A DNA stretch of 64,000 nt from Ascoidea asiatica JCM 7603 (lineage: Eukaryota; Fungi; Ascomycota): the NCBI GenBank assembly GCA_001600695.1, contig BCKQ01000009.1:390913-454912 (forward strand), in the 5' to 3' direction. This document shows positions 1 through 12,100 of this stretch, in pieces. The notes under the pieces are model-generated. The model did no database searches, was not told where the DNA came from, and saw nothing but the letters and a program-made list of their open reading frames with translations. The position numbers were made by a program, and so were the translations under genes. Positions within the stretch are counted from its first letter, which is position 1. Each line of letters starts with the position of its first letter.

Positions 1-3000
1 ATCTCTTTTGTGATTCTATTCAATTATCTAAACGGCTTGTGCATATAATGCCATTTGATGAAGTTCATTGTATTAATAGTTTTTTCAGCATTTTGAAATC
101 ATATGTTAGAAAACTTCTTGCTTTCATTTCAACAAATATGACACTTCTAGGAGAAGATTTTTCTGCTTATTGCTTTAAATCGGTTATTTTGTCTCTTTAT
201 CTCGGTTTTGCTGGTTCTTGTGATTCAAATGGAAGAAGTGAGTTTTCCTCATTCTTGTCTCAAGCCTATGATCTTGGAATCAAAGATGATAGTTTGGTTT
301 TTGATTACGATATTTCATTACCTGAGGCTGATTGGATTCCATGGTTAACTAAAGTTCCAAAAGTGGAACTTGAAACTCATTCTATTACTCGACCAGATGT
401 GATTATTCCAACTTTAGATACAGTAAGACATGAGGACTTAATATATTCCATAATTAATGAGCATAAAGCGTTATTACTTTGTGGTCCTCCTGGTTCCGGT
501 AAAACAATGACATTATTTACCGCTCTAAGAAAATCTCCCAACTTGCAGAGTATTGAATTAAATTTCTCAAAAGAAACTTCTCCTTCATTATTGATCAAAA
601 CTTTGGAGCAATACTGTGAGTATAAACGAACTCCTAATGGAATGTCACTAGCTCCCACAACACCTGGTAAATGGTTAGTAATTTTCTGCGATGAAGTTAA
701 TTTACCTGCTGCAGATAAATATGGAACGCAACGAGTGATATCCTTTATTAGGCAGCTTATTGAAAAGGGCGGTCTCTATAAAAACAATCAATGGATAACA
801 ATTAAAAATATTCAATTTGTCTTTGCGTGCAATCCCCCTGTAGATGCTGGAAGAAACCCTTTAACTTTACGTTTTCTTCGTCATGTTTGTTTATTAACAG
901 TTGATTATCCTGAAAGACTTTCTCTTACTCAAATATATGAAACCTTCAATAGCTCTATCTTGAAAATAGTTCCCCAATTAAGATATGCTTCCTCTCAATT
1001 AACAAGCGCGATGCTTACTGTTTTTACTGAGTGTTCAAAGAAGTTCACACCCGATAATCAAGTTCATTATATTTTCAGTCCTAGAGAGTTAACAAGATGG
1101 GTTAGAGGTATCTATGAAGCTATAAAGCAGGTTGATACGTTGGAGCTAGATAACCTTGTCCGATTATGGGCTCATGAAGCTCTTCGTTTATTTCACGATA
1201 GATTGGTCGGTCTTGAAGATCGATCATGGGTGTTCGAATTATTAAGAACTGTTGTTGTGGAGAATTTTCCCAACGTTAATGCTGAAATATCTTTGAAACA
1301 GCCTATTTTGTATTCAAATTGGCTTTCTCTTAATTATGCACCGGTTCAGGTAAATGAATTAAGGCAATTTGTTAAGGAAAGACTCCGTGTATTTAGTGAT
1401 GAAGAATTGGATGTAAATCTAATATTGTATGATGATTTACTAGATCATGTTCTTCGAATTGATAGAGTTTTACGTCAACCACAGGGGCATCTTATTCTTG
1501 TCGGTCCTAGTGGTAGTGGAAAAACAACGTTAAGTAGATTTGTTTCATGGATTAATGGTTTAAAAATTGTTCAGTTAAATGTTTCTAGGAAGTACACTCT
1601 TCAGGATTTTGATAACACTTTAAGAGATCTTTTAAGAAGAACAGGCTCTTTGGGAGAGAAAATATGTTTCATAGTAGATGAGTCTAATATCAAGGAAACT
1701 GCATTTTTGGAAAGGATGAATACCTTATTGGCTAACTCTGAAATTCCTGGATTATTTAATGGTGATGAACTAAGTTCATTGATGACAACTTGCATGGATC
1801 ATTCACAATCTCAAGGTTTATTGCTAGATACTCAAGAAGAATTATACAAGTGGTTTACACAGCAGATTACTGAAAATCTCCATGTTATCTTTACTATCAA
1901 TAATCCGAATGATCCCAACTCACCTCAAATCATATCATCTCCGGCATTATTCAATAGATGTGTCCTTAACTGGATGGGTGACTGGACTGATTCTACTTTG
2001 TTTCAAGTTGCATCCGCTAAAATTCAGTCTCTTCCAGCAGACATGCCTGATTATAAAAAACCAGATGAGTTTTTTCAAAGTGTTCCCCAATATGTGGATA
2101 CATTCAGAGATGTTCTAGTTGATGCACTAGTATATTTTCATCGTATACATATTGACTATAATATAGGTGTTCATCCTCCATCTAAAACTCCAGGAAATTT
2201 TTTGACATTGTTAAGTAATTTTGCCCAAATATTCATTAAAAAAGAAGAAGAATTGCAGGAACATCAAAAGCATATTAATATGGGATTGGATAAGTTAAGA
2301 GACACTGTATTAGAAGTAAAAGATTTAAAAGAAAACCTCTTTGAAGAACAGGGTAAACTTAAAAAAAAAGAAACCGAAGCAAAACAAATGTTAGACCATA
2401 TTTTAACTGATCAAAATCAGGCTGAGAGAAAGCAAGAAGCTTCATTACAGATTCAACAGGCTCTTGAAGTTCAAGAGGTAGAAGTGAGTAAAAGACGAAA
2501 TGTAGTAATGGATGATCTTGCAATGGCTGAGCCTGCTGTTATTGAAGCTCAGAATGGTGTTAAGAATATTAAAAAGCAACATTTAACTGAATTGAGAAGT
2601 ATGGGAAATCCACCCGAAGCCGTTAAATTAACAATGGAATCTGTTTGTATTCTACTAGGGTTTGATGCTAATACATGGCGAGAAGTTCAGCAGATTATGC
2701 GACGTGATGATTTTATTGCCAATATTGTAAATTATAACAGTGAAGAACAACTAACACCTGATGTAAGGCAATATATGGAACGGGAGTATTTATCAAGACC
2801 TAGTTTCAACTATCAAGCTGTTAATCGTGCTAGTAAGGCATGTGGTCCTCTATTGCAATGGGTCGAGGCTCAAATAAGGTATGCAAGTATATTAGAAAGA
2901 ATTGCTCCTCTTAGAGAAGAAGTGTTTTTAATTGAAAAAGAAGCTAAACAAACAAAAGCGAAGCTTATTGCTATCGATGAAATGATTCAGGAATTAAAGG

Positions 3001-5654
3001 AAAGTATTGAAGAGTTGAAACTGTCTTATCAAAATCTAATAACAGATACTCAAAATATTAAAGGAAAAATAACTTCCATTCAAAGTAAAGTGGAAAGATG
3101 TGTCTCATTATTAGAAAACCTTACAATTGAAAGAAAAAGATGGGCAAAAAGTATTCATGAATTTTCTCGTCAAAGAAGATGCCTCTCTGGGAATTCAATG
3201 TTAGCTGCAGCTTTTCTATCATATGGAGGATATTATGATCAAAAAGGTCGTGATAAATTAACTAGATTATGGAGAGAAAAGCTTACAACGTCTGCAATTG
3301 AATATAATCCAAATCTAAGAGTAATAGAATATCTTTCAAATCCAGGACAGGTCCTTAAATGGCAAGAATTTGGATTGCCAAATGATAATTTATCTACTGA
3401 AAATTTGATTCTAATTGATGGAGAAGAAAAGTATCCCTTTATAATTGATCCTACAGGAAAAATTGTAGATATAATTTCTGCAGCTTTTGCTCCAAGAAAA
3501 TTAATAATCACTAGTTTTCTTGATGATGGTTTTGTAAAACAATTAGAAAATGCACTTAGATTCGGTAGCGCAATTTTGATTCAAGATGCTGAGCATTTTG
3601 ATCCTATAATAAGTCGTGTGCTTAGTAAAGAAATTCAAAGAGCAGGTGGAAGATCATTGATAAGATTGGGTAAACAAGAGATTGACTGTTCTCCTAATTT
3701 CAAAATGTTCATACAAACAAAGGATCCTTTGGTCAAAATTCCACCACATATTTCTTGCAGAACAACTATTGTAAATTTCACTGTTACTGAAAGTAGTCTT
3801 GAAAGTCAATCATTGAATATGACTGTTAAGAAGGAAAGACCAGATGTTGAGGAGCAGCGAGTAGAACTAATCAAATTGCATGGTGAATATAAAGTTCGTT
3901 TGCGATTCTTAGAAGATAGGTTGCTACATTTATTGAGTAATACGGATGGCAATATATTAAATAATGATGAGGTAATTACTACTTTGGAAAATCTTAAAGT
4001 TGAATCAAAAGAAATTGAAACTAAGATGGAAGAAACGGCCCATGTTATGCAAACAGTTGAAAAGATTTTAGAGAAATACAATATATTGTCCTTAAATTGT
4101 TCGGCAATTTTCAGCTTATTGGATAAACTAAAGGTGCTAAATCCATTTTATCAATTTTCTTTGAACTATTTTATAAGGATTTTTGAATATGTTCTATCTA
4201 CAGATATTCCAAATTCCCAAAACCGAGCAAATTCTCTAGTATTAAAGCTTTATCAAGAGATTTATGCTAGAACTTCTCTTTCTTTGAAAAATCGGGATCG
4301 ATTTATTTTTAGAATTTCTTTATTTGTGATTTATAATAAGATACATTTGGGCCAAGAAATTTCTAATTTTTTGTCAGATATTTTTGAGATATTATCTAAG
4401 CCAGTTGCCTCCGAAAAGGATATTAAGGATATTTTAGACTCTGTTTCAATTCCATATGGAACCTTGGATATTTCTTCCTTAATGAATAATTTTTCTGAGG
4501 ATATTTTGAAAGATGGTATTGGAGAGCAAGGGGAAAAATTTTCTTTGTTCAATCCTCTATTAAAAGCATTATTTCAAATCATTTCAAAACCTCAATCTTT
4601 TATTGAAAATTTTTCCGAGCTTTGTTCTTTTCTATTTGATACAAAACTTCCTTCATTCTCTTTTATTTATGATCTGAGCTCTATAATTAAGGCACATACT
4701 GCTACTTTTGAACCTATACTTTTATGTTGTTCTGAAGGATATGATCCAACTTTTAAAGTACAAAATTTAACCTCGGAGTTTCATACTAAATTAACAGTTG
4801 TTGCAATGGGATCGGCTGAAGCTTTAGAAATAGTAAATCAAGAAATTAGAAAAGCTGCCAAAGAAGGTTATTGGGTATTAGTTCAAAATGTGCAAATGGC
4901 TCATTCATGGTTAGAATATTTAGAAAAGCAGTTAGCCTCTTTATCTACTCATAGTAGGTTTAGACTTTTTTTAACTTGTAATTTTAGTTCAAATATTCCA
5001 ACAACATTACTTAGAACTTCATATGTTTTAGTTTTTGAGAATCCTCCAGGAATTAAAACGTCCATGTTGGAATTATTCAAAGAAATCCCAAGAGAAAGAA
5101 TTGAGAAAAAACCAGTTGAACGTAGACATGTTTATTTCTTAGCATCATGGTATTATTCAATTCTTCAAGAAAGATTAAGATTTGTTCCGATAGGACTAAG
5201 TAAAAGCTATGATTTCAATAATTCTGATTTTCTTTCAAGTTTATTTGTTTTAGACAGTTGGATAGATAAGGTTAGTGAAGATAGAATAAATATATCACCC
5301 GAATTAATACCATGGGAAGCAATTCAGAAATTAATAAGTGAAGTTGTTTATGGTGGAAAAGTTGAAAATATTAAGGATAAAGAATACTTAATTGAATTAA
5401 GTAAAAAAATATTTTGTGTTGAATCATTTGATATTGATTTCAACTTAATTGGAACGGAGGAGATTAAATTATTGGGGCCAGAAAGTAGAAATTTCGATGC
5501 CTATGAAAAATGGATATGGAAATTACCAGATATTGAACCTCCAAGTTGGATTGGTTTAGATGATGAAGTTGAAACAGTTATGAAAATTCAAGAAAGTAAA
5601 AAATTTTCCGAAAAAATTCTTGAGATTACAGAACTTGATTCAAGATCAGTTTAG
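1..5654 (+). CDS. DYN1: Cytoplasmic dynein heavy chain, 3' part (5'-truncated by the window; frame open from base 3)
   Basis: AAA3 P-loop GPPGSGKT with CDEVNLP, AAA4 GPSGSGKT, stalk coiled coil and microtubule-binding domain (ELRSMGNPPEAVKL), AAA5/AAA6 motifs, short yeast-type C-terminus (PPSWIGL). Confidence 0.98.
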   Translation, partial: LFCDSIQLSKRLVHIMPFDEVHCINSFFSILKSYVRKLLAFISTNMTLLGEDFSAYCFKSVILSLYLGFAGSCDSNGRSEFSSFLSQAYDLGIKDDSLVFDYDISLPEADWIPWLTKVPKVELETHSITRPDVIIPTLDTVRHEDLIYSIINEHKALLLCGPPGSGKTMTLFTALRKSPNLQSIELNFSKETSPSLLIKTLEQYCEYKRTPNGMSLAPTTPGKWLVIFCDEVNLPAADKYGTQRVISFIRQLIEKGGLYKNNQWITIKNIQFVFACNPPVDAGRNPLTLRFLRHVCLLTVDYPERLSLTQIYETFNSSILKIVPQLRYASSQLTSAMLTVFTECSKKFTPDNQVHYIFSPRELTRWVRGIYEAIKQVDTLELDNLVRLWAHEALRLFHDRLVGLEDRSWVFELLRTVVVENFPNVNAEISLKQPILYSNWLSLNYAPVQVNELRQFVKERLRVFSDEELDVNLILYDDLLDHVLRIDRVLRQPQGHLILVGPSGSGKTTLSRFVSWINGLKIVQLNVSRKYTLQDFDNTLRDLLRRTGSLGEKICFIVDESNIKETAFLERMNTLLANSEIPGLFNGDELSSLMTTCMDHSQSQGLLLDTQEELYKWFTQQITENLHVIFTINNPNDPNSPQIISSPALFNRCVLNWMGDWTDSTLFQVASAKIQSLPADMPDYKKPDEFFQSVPQYVDTFRDVLVDALVYFHRIHIDYNIGVHPPSKTPGNFLTLLSNFAQIFIKKEEELQEHQKHINMGLDKLRDTVLEVKDLKENLFEEQGKLKKKETEAKQMLDHILTDQNQAERKQEASLQIQQALEVQEVEVSKRRNVVMDDLAMAEPAVIEAQNGVKNIKKQHLTELRSMGNPPEAVKLTMESVCILLGFDANTWREVQQIMRRDDFIANIVNYNSEEQLTPDVRQYMEREYLSRPSFNYQAVNRASKACGPLLQWVEAQIRYASILERIAPLREEVFLIEKEAKQTKAKLIAIDEMIQELKESIEELKLSYQNLITDTQNIKGKITSIQSKVERCVSLLENLTIERKRWAKSIHEFSRQRRCLSGNSMLAAAFLSYGGYYDQKGRDKLTRLWREKLTTSAIEYNPNLRVIEYLSNPGQVLKWQEFGLPNDNLSTENLILIDGEEKYPFIIDPTGKIVDIISAAFAPRKLIITSFLDDGFVKQLENALRFGSAILIQDAEHFDPIISRVLSKEIQRAGGRSLIRLGKQEIDCSPNFKMFIQTKDPLVKIPPHISCRTTIVNFTVTESSLESQSLNMTVKKERPDVEEQRVELIKLHGEYKVRLRFLEDRLLHLLSNTDGNILNNDEVITTLENLKVESKEIETKMEETAHVMQTVEKILEKYNILSLNCSAIFSLLDKLKVLNPFYQFSLNYFIRIFEYVLSTDIPNSQNRANSLVLKLYQEIYARTSLSLKNRDRFIFRISLFVIYNKIHLGQEISNFLSDIFEILSKPVASEKDIKDILDSVSIPYGTLDISSLMNNFSEDILKDGIGEQGEKFSLFNPLLKALFQIISKPQSFIENFSELCSFLFDTKLPSFSFIYDLSSIIKAHTATFEPILLCCSEGYDPTFKVQNLTSEFHTKLTVVAMGSAEALEIVNQEIRKAAKEGYWVLVQNVQMAHSWLEYLEKQLASLSTHSRFRLFLTCNFSSNIPTTLLRTSYVLVFENPPGIKTSMLELFKEIPRERIEKKPVERRHVYFLASWYYSILQERLRFVPIGLSKSYDFNNSDFLSSLFVLDSWIDKVSEDRINISPELIPWEAIQKLISEVVYGGKVENIKDKEYLIELSKKIFCVESFDIDFNLIGTEEIKLLGPESRNFDAYEKWIWKLPDIEPPSWIGLDDEVETVMKIQESKKFSEKILEITELDSRSV

Positions 5655-5972
5655 GGTATTAATGTTTATATTGTATTTTTTTTTTTTAACGATCAATTAT
5701 AATTATTATTCCTTTTGTACAAACTAATTTTTTTTTTTAAATTTTGGAAGTATTTTATAGCTTCTATTTGCTTGCTTAATTTTTTTATCACACTTTTTAT
5801 TATACTTTTTATTATACTTTTTTTATTACATTTTTATTTACATTTTGGATTACAATTTTGATTACTTTTTTTAATTAGTAATCAATCATTTAATGTTAAT
5901 TTCATACATTTTATATATTTATTATAAATCATTCAATTAATTATATAATTTTTTAATCAAATTTCAGTTTTA

Positions 5973-7037
5973 TCATAAAACTAAACCAAAACCAAAAGTA
6001 ATTTTAATTGATTTGATATAATAATCATTAAAATTTTTTTCAGTTCTATCCTCTTCACCAACTGGAATACCATTAAATTTTGCAATTAATTTTGTATCAG
6101 AATCAGATTGATAAAATGTAATTAATAAATCAGCATAGTGATTTTTTTTCCAATCATTTAATCTCCAAGTCATTTTAATTTCTTTATTTGGTATAAGATT
6201 TAAAATTTTTCCAGAAATATTATCATTAAATAAAGAATAAGTCGAATTAATTTTTGGTTGAATAATTGAATTTGATCTAGTCCAGGCTTGAACTCTATTT
6301 TGATCTAAGAAAGTTATATATAATTGTTCTGCGGTTGTATTAAAAGTTGATTCTATATGTAAAGTTGAAGTATTATATTTTGGAATATTTGAATCACTAT
6401 TTGAATTATTACTGATAATTTCTTGTTTATATTTTTTTTCTTCTTTAGGTTTTTTCTCTTCAATATGTGAATTTGTATTTGAAGTTGTATTAGTTATAGA
6501 TGTAGTTGTGGATGTAGATTGATTTGATAAAGTTAATTTTGAATGAACTTGATTTTTAGGTACTTGAATATCATCTGAATTTTGATTAATTAAACTATTT
6601 GAAAATTTAGATAATTTCAATCTTAATAAAGGAATTAAAAAAGATCTAATATTTTTTTTAATTAAAGATTCATCGAAATTTGAATTTTGATTTAAAATTG
6701 AGATCAAAAATTGAAAATCATCAATTTCAGTATCATAAGCAACTTCAGGTATTGTAATTGTACCATTAATATTAATATTTGTATTTTCTTTATTATTTGA
6801 ATTTGAAATAATATAATTAAATGATAAAATTAATTTTAAATCAAATAAACTTATAACTTTACCTTTTCTTTGAGAAAGTTCAACATCACCTTCAATTGAA
6901 TCAATTTTATTTATTTTAATTGAAATTTTATCATTTGAATAATTTAAATTTAATAAATTTTCATTGAAATATTTTTTAGACCAATCCATACAATTTTTAT
7001 TGACCCAATGCCAATTATTTGGATTATTTACAACCAT
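5973..7037 (-). CDS. AHA1: Hsp90 co-chaperone Aha1
   Basis: MVVNNPNNWHWVNKNC, QRKGKVISLFD, C-terminal START-like domain ending IKITFGFG. First ATG is at 7037; the ORF track starts at an upstream TTG. Confidence 0.96.
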   Translation of the reverse strand: MVVNNPNNWHWVNKNCMDWSKKYFNENLLNLNYSNDKISIKINKIDSIEGDVELSQRKGKVISLFDLKLILSFNYIISNSNNKENTNININGTITIPEVAYDTEIDDFQFLISILNQNSNFDESLIKKNIRSFLIPLLRLKLSKFSNSLINQNSDDIQVPKNQVHSKLTLSNQSTSTTTSITNTTSNTNSHIEEKKPKEEKKYKQEIISNNSNSDSNIPKYNTSTLHIESTFNTTAEQLYITFLDQNRVQAWTRSNSIIQPKINSTYSLFNDNISGKILNLIPNKEIKMTWRLNDWKKNHYADLLITFYQSDSDTKLIAKFNGIPVGEEDRTEKNFNDYYIKSIKITFGFGLVL

Positions 7038-7444
7038 TTCGATTAATTGAAGAATGAATAACAAGTTTTTATTAGTTTTTAGATTTTCTATCAATTATTT
7101 ATTTATTTAATAATTATTTATTGATTATTTATTGATTATTTATTGATTATTTATTGATTCATTTATTTACCTATATATCTCATCACTTTATATATTTATT
7201 GAAATGTTTATATTTTGTGTTATTATCGATGAATGGTATAGAAAATTCTAGAATTAGCACGGAAGAGGCCAAATATTTGGTAGTTCTTTTTACGATTAAT
7301 ACGGTAGAAACGGTTGAATTTAATAAAACAAAAAAGAATAGAATAGAATATAGAATATAATAGTGTTAAGTTATATTTAGTATTTTAAATAAATAAGAAT
7401 TGATATATGACTATAGATATAAATTAAATCATTTAAGAAGACAA

Positions 7445-8143
7445 TTAAGATTGTTGGAATCTTTTATCAGCTTCATTCCAATTAATTACATTCCAAATAG
7501 CTTTGAAGTAATCAGCTTTTTGATTTTGATATTGTAAATAATAAGCATGTTCCCAAGCATCAATTGCAATTAATGGTTTTAAATTACCAGAAACAGTATC
7601 TTGATTATATCTTTGTACAACTTCAATTGAATTATTATCAGTATTTTTAACAATAAAAGCCCAACCAGAACCTTGAATTCCAGCTAATTTTGAATTTGTT
7701 AAAGAAATTAAATTATCAATTGAACCATATTGATTATTAATTTTTTCAATTAATGGAGACTCTTTAATTGAATTAAAATTTTCTAAACCACCTTTATCTT
7801 TTGATGGAGATAAATTTTTCCAAAATAAACAATGATTAATATAACCACCACCATGAAATTTAATATTTTGTTGTAAAGCAACAGTTTTAAGATAATCATT
7901 AGCTAATTTAGCTTCAGCATGTTGTTCAATTGCTTGATTATAACCATTAACATAAGTTTGATGATGTTTTTTATAATGTAATTCATTAATTTTACCAGAA
8001 ATAAAAGGTTCTAAATCACCAAAATCCCAATCTAATTCAGGTAAAGTAACTTTTGATCTTGTTAAAGATGGTGAAAATTTCTTTAATGAATTAATTGATA
8101 AAGATCTTGAAGAAATTGAAGATGCAGATTTTAAGGAAAACAT
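7445..8143 (-). CDS. SOD2: Mitochondrial Mn superoxide dismutase
   Basis: LHYKKHHQTYV, FHGGGYINH, GIQGSGW, DAWEHAYYLQY; Ser/Arg/Lys-rich presequence. Confidence 0.98.
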   Translation of the reverse strand: MFSLKSASSISSRSLSINSLKKFSPSLTRSKVTLPELDWDFGDLEPFISGKINELHYKKHHQTYVNGYNQAIEQHAEAKLANDYLKTVALQQNIKFHGGGYINHCLFWKNLSPSKDKGGLENFNSIKESPLIEKINNQYGSIDNLISLTNSKLAGIQGSGWAFIVKNTDNNSIEVVQRYNQDTVSGNLKPLIAIDAWEHAYYLQYQNQKADYFKAIWNVINWNEADKRFQQS

Positions 8144-8547
8144 TTTTTTTATTAATGGATTTTGAAATTGATTATAATTTGATTGAACTCAATTGAACTT
8201 AGCTGAAGTCAATTGGAGAGGCAGTTTGTTTTATATCAAAAAAATAAGTAAATTGAATTGAATTAAATGAATTGAATTTGAATTAGAACTAAATCAATTT
8301 AAATCAGTTTGAATTGAGTTGGAGATCTTAGTATATTTTTGAGCTAGAATCGAAGTTGCTAGTAATACTGCGGTGGAGACCAATGCAACGGATGCAATGG
8401 CAAATAAGAGACTGTGATTTGACAAGCAGAAAATGTTTTCTCCTTCTCGGTTTCGAAAACAGCAGCAGCACAAGGAGAAGAACAAAGCAAAAACAGAGGT
8501 CAGCTGACTAGCCCATATTCCGAGGGTAAGCCTGAATGCACAGCCAT

Positions 8548-8587
8548 TTACGTAATGCATAAACAAGCGTGGCTAAAAATGACGTAA
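8548..8587. promoter_or_regulatory. Candidate bZIP sites in the SOD2/PKH3 divergent promoter: TTACGTAA (8548-8555, Yap/Cap1-type) and TGACGTAA (8580-8587, ATF/CRE-type)
   Basis: Exact motifs inside the GC-rich island upstream of an oxidative-stress gene. Confidence 0.45.
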
Positions 8588-9148
8588 TAAAACATTGGTA
8601 TAGAGACCACATTAGTGGTTCTTTTCTAGCCACAATATTTTTTTGAGTTTTTTTGCACTGCCACCGTGCCGCGTGCTTCTCCGATTTGGCGACCTGTGGC
8701 GGTGCTCTGTTTCCTGCCTCCTGTCTCCTGGCAGTGCTCTGTCAGTGTCTTTTATACTCGCTTACTGTCTTTACTACTGCTTGTTATTGTTTTGTTATTC
8801 TTATTGTTGAATGTGGTAATGTTACTATCAATATCAACATATAATATACAAATAACTAATATATTTATCAATACATCTTTATTTATATCTATAATTATAA
8901 TCAAATCAATCAAATCAATCAAATTAACCAAATAATTCAAATTATTCATACTTCTATTGGTTCTCAAGTATATTACATTCCATATATTCAGGATATTCAG
9001 TTCTTATTATATTCATTTATTCGCGTTCTTCTTTTTTCAATCATTTCATTATTTCATCGTTTCATTCTTTCGTTATATATCCTTAATTTTTTTTCATTTC
9101 TTTCATTCCTTTTTTAATATTTTATGATATACTTCAAATTTATAAATA

Positions 9149-12100
9149 ATGTCTTCCAGAAAAAGATCTGTTAAAGATTTTCAATTTGGCCAAAGAATTG
9201 GTGAAGGTTCATATTCAACAGTCTATAAAGCAATTGATATAAATAATAAAAAAATATTTGCAATTAAAATACTTTCAAAAAATCATATAGTTAAAGAAAA
9301 AAAAATTAAATATGTTAATATTGAAAAAATGACTTTAAATATCTTAGGTAAACATCCAGGTATTGTAACTTTATATTATACTTTTCAAGATAATTTATCT
9401 TTATATTTTGTTTTAGATTTTGCTGAATTTGGTGAACTTTTATCTTTAATTAGAAAATTATCAAGTTTAAATGAATTTTCAATAAAATATTATCTTTTAC
9501 AATTAATTGATGCAATTGAATTTATGCATTTAAAAGGTGTAATTCATAGAGATTTAAAACCTGAAAATATTTTATTAAATCATGATATGAAATTAATGAT
9601 AACTGATTTTGGCGCTGCAAAAATTTTAAATCCAATTCCAAATAAAAAAAAAATAAAGAAAAAAAAAAATATCAATAATAATAATAACGATAGTGATAAT
9701 GATATTTATACTGATAATGATTATGATAATCTGGATAATGATAATCTGTTATCCAATAATAGTGAAAACAATAACAATAATGATATGAATAACAACGACG
9801 ATAACGATAATGATAATGACCAAAAAACAGCTTCTTTTGTAGGCACTGCAGAATATGTTTCTCCAGAATTATTACAATATAATAAATGTGGTTTTGAATC
9901 TGATATTTGGGCAATTGGTTGTATAATTTTTCAATTTTTAACTGGTAATCCTCCTTTTAAAGCAAAAACTGAATATTTAACATTTCAAAAAATTATAAAT
10001 TTAGATTATAATTTTCCAAAATTTTATATACCATTATATTTAAAAGATTTAATAATTAAAATTTTAATCATTAATCCAAAAAAAAGATTAAGTTTAAAAC
10101 AAATTAAGAATCATTATTTTTTTAATGATATAAATTGGAATGATAAAAATCAAATTTGGTCAAAAAATCCACCAAAATTACAACCTTATAATCCTTTGAT
10201 TTATAAAAATTTACCAAATAATTTAAAAAATATACCTTTAAAAATGCCAGTTCTAGAAACAACAAAACAAAATAAATTTAATAATTCAAATGTTATTAGA
10301 TTAGTTAAAAAAAATAAAATTAATACTAAATCAACTTTAGATTTAATTAATAATACTTATGTTCCAGATTCAACTCCTTCTTATAATCAAATTTTATCTC
10401 CACATTTAAAAAAAATTAATTCAAATACTCCTTCTATAACTCCTTCAGTTAAAACAAATCCTCAACAAATTCCAAATAATAACAGTACTAATACTAATAA
10501 AATTGTAACTCCAAAATCAAATTATCACTCTTTCCCAAATCATCCAGTTCAATACACAAATAATCAAATCCCAAATCAAAACCAATATCCATATCAATAT
10601 CAAAACCATTATTCAAATCAGTATCAAAATCAATATCCAATTCAAAGCCAAGTTCAAAATCATTATCAATATCAAACTCCTAATCAAACCCCAAATCATA
10701 ATCAAACTCCAAATCATAATCAAAGCCAAATTCAAAATCAAAATACAGGTCCAATTCCAATAATATCTCATAACACGGGTCCTAATGTAAATATTTCTAA
10801 AAAAATTAATATAAAAACCATAAATAATAATAATGCAAATGCAAATACAAATTCTAATTATATGTCTAAAAAATTATCTTCTCCTAAAATCAGCTCGCCA
10901 AAAATTAATTCACCAAAAATCAATTCTCCTAAATTTATTTCAAAAAAATCTTCATTTTCTTCTTCAAATAATCAAAATATTCAAAATATCAAAGATACCA
11001 AAATCATTAAAAATTCTCCAAATAATTTAAATAATTTTGATAATGAAAATTCTGTCAACTCTCCTTTAAATTTGCCAATATTATCTCCCAAAATTAAACC
11101 AAAAAAATTATTTCAAACTACACTTCCTAATAACTTAAGTAATTCAACTAGTAGTTTAAATGATGAAATTCTAAATTTGGAAAATGATTTTCAAAATATT
11201 CAACTTTCTTCAAGTCAAAGTGAAAACCAAATTCAAAATCAGAATCAAAAGCAAACTCCTTTTCCTTTACATTATCAACATACTGCTCCAAATTCCAGTC
11301 GAAGCAGTCCTTCTTTATCTCAACCTATTCATTATCAACATACCGCTCCACAATTAATCAATAACCCTAATAATTCTTTTATTCATAATATCAATAATGG
11401 ATTCAATAATGATATTAATAATCAACATAACAATGGCTTTACTAATGTACCTATTACCTCAAATAAACATATTATTTCTGAAAAAAAGCTTGAATTTGAA
11501 AAATATGTTAATACTGTGAACAATAATAAATCAAATAATTGTCCTACTTCACCTGTTAGTAAAAATAAGAAAAATAATAATAATAATACTACTATCAATA
11601 ATATTATAACTCAAAATGCCATTAATAAAGAAAATTCAATCAAAAAAACTCCAAAACAATCTACAAACTACAATATCAATAAAAATCCAATTACTCCTTC
11701 AAATCCTAATTTTCTTCACCATGCATATACAATGCAGGATAGAATTATTCAGTTGGATCAAAAAACAACTTTACCATCAGCTCAGTTTTCCCAAAATAAT
11801 AGTTCAATTGAAAATATTGTTTCCTTCCAAAATCAAAAAAGAGCTCATCCTTATGCTTTTATGAGACAGAAAGCATTTCAAAATCAAGTTTCTTCACCGA
11901 ATTTTAATACCTATCAACAACAAAATGTTCCAGTTTCAAAAAGAAATAATCTTGGGTTATTCTTAGAGACTTCTAATAATGCTAATAATGATAACGAAAG
12001 TATGTTCTTATTCGAAAATAGAGATGACCTGATGAAATCTTCAAGTTCTAATGATTTTAATTTTCAAAAACCATTGGAATCATCTATGATTGAAAATAAA

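Noticed and set aside
9124-9174. Out-of-frame upstream ATG overlapping the PKH3 start
   Set aside because: Poor initiation context (T at -3) and unknown TSS; likely incidental.
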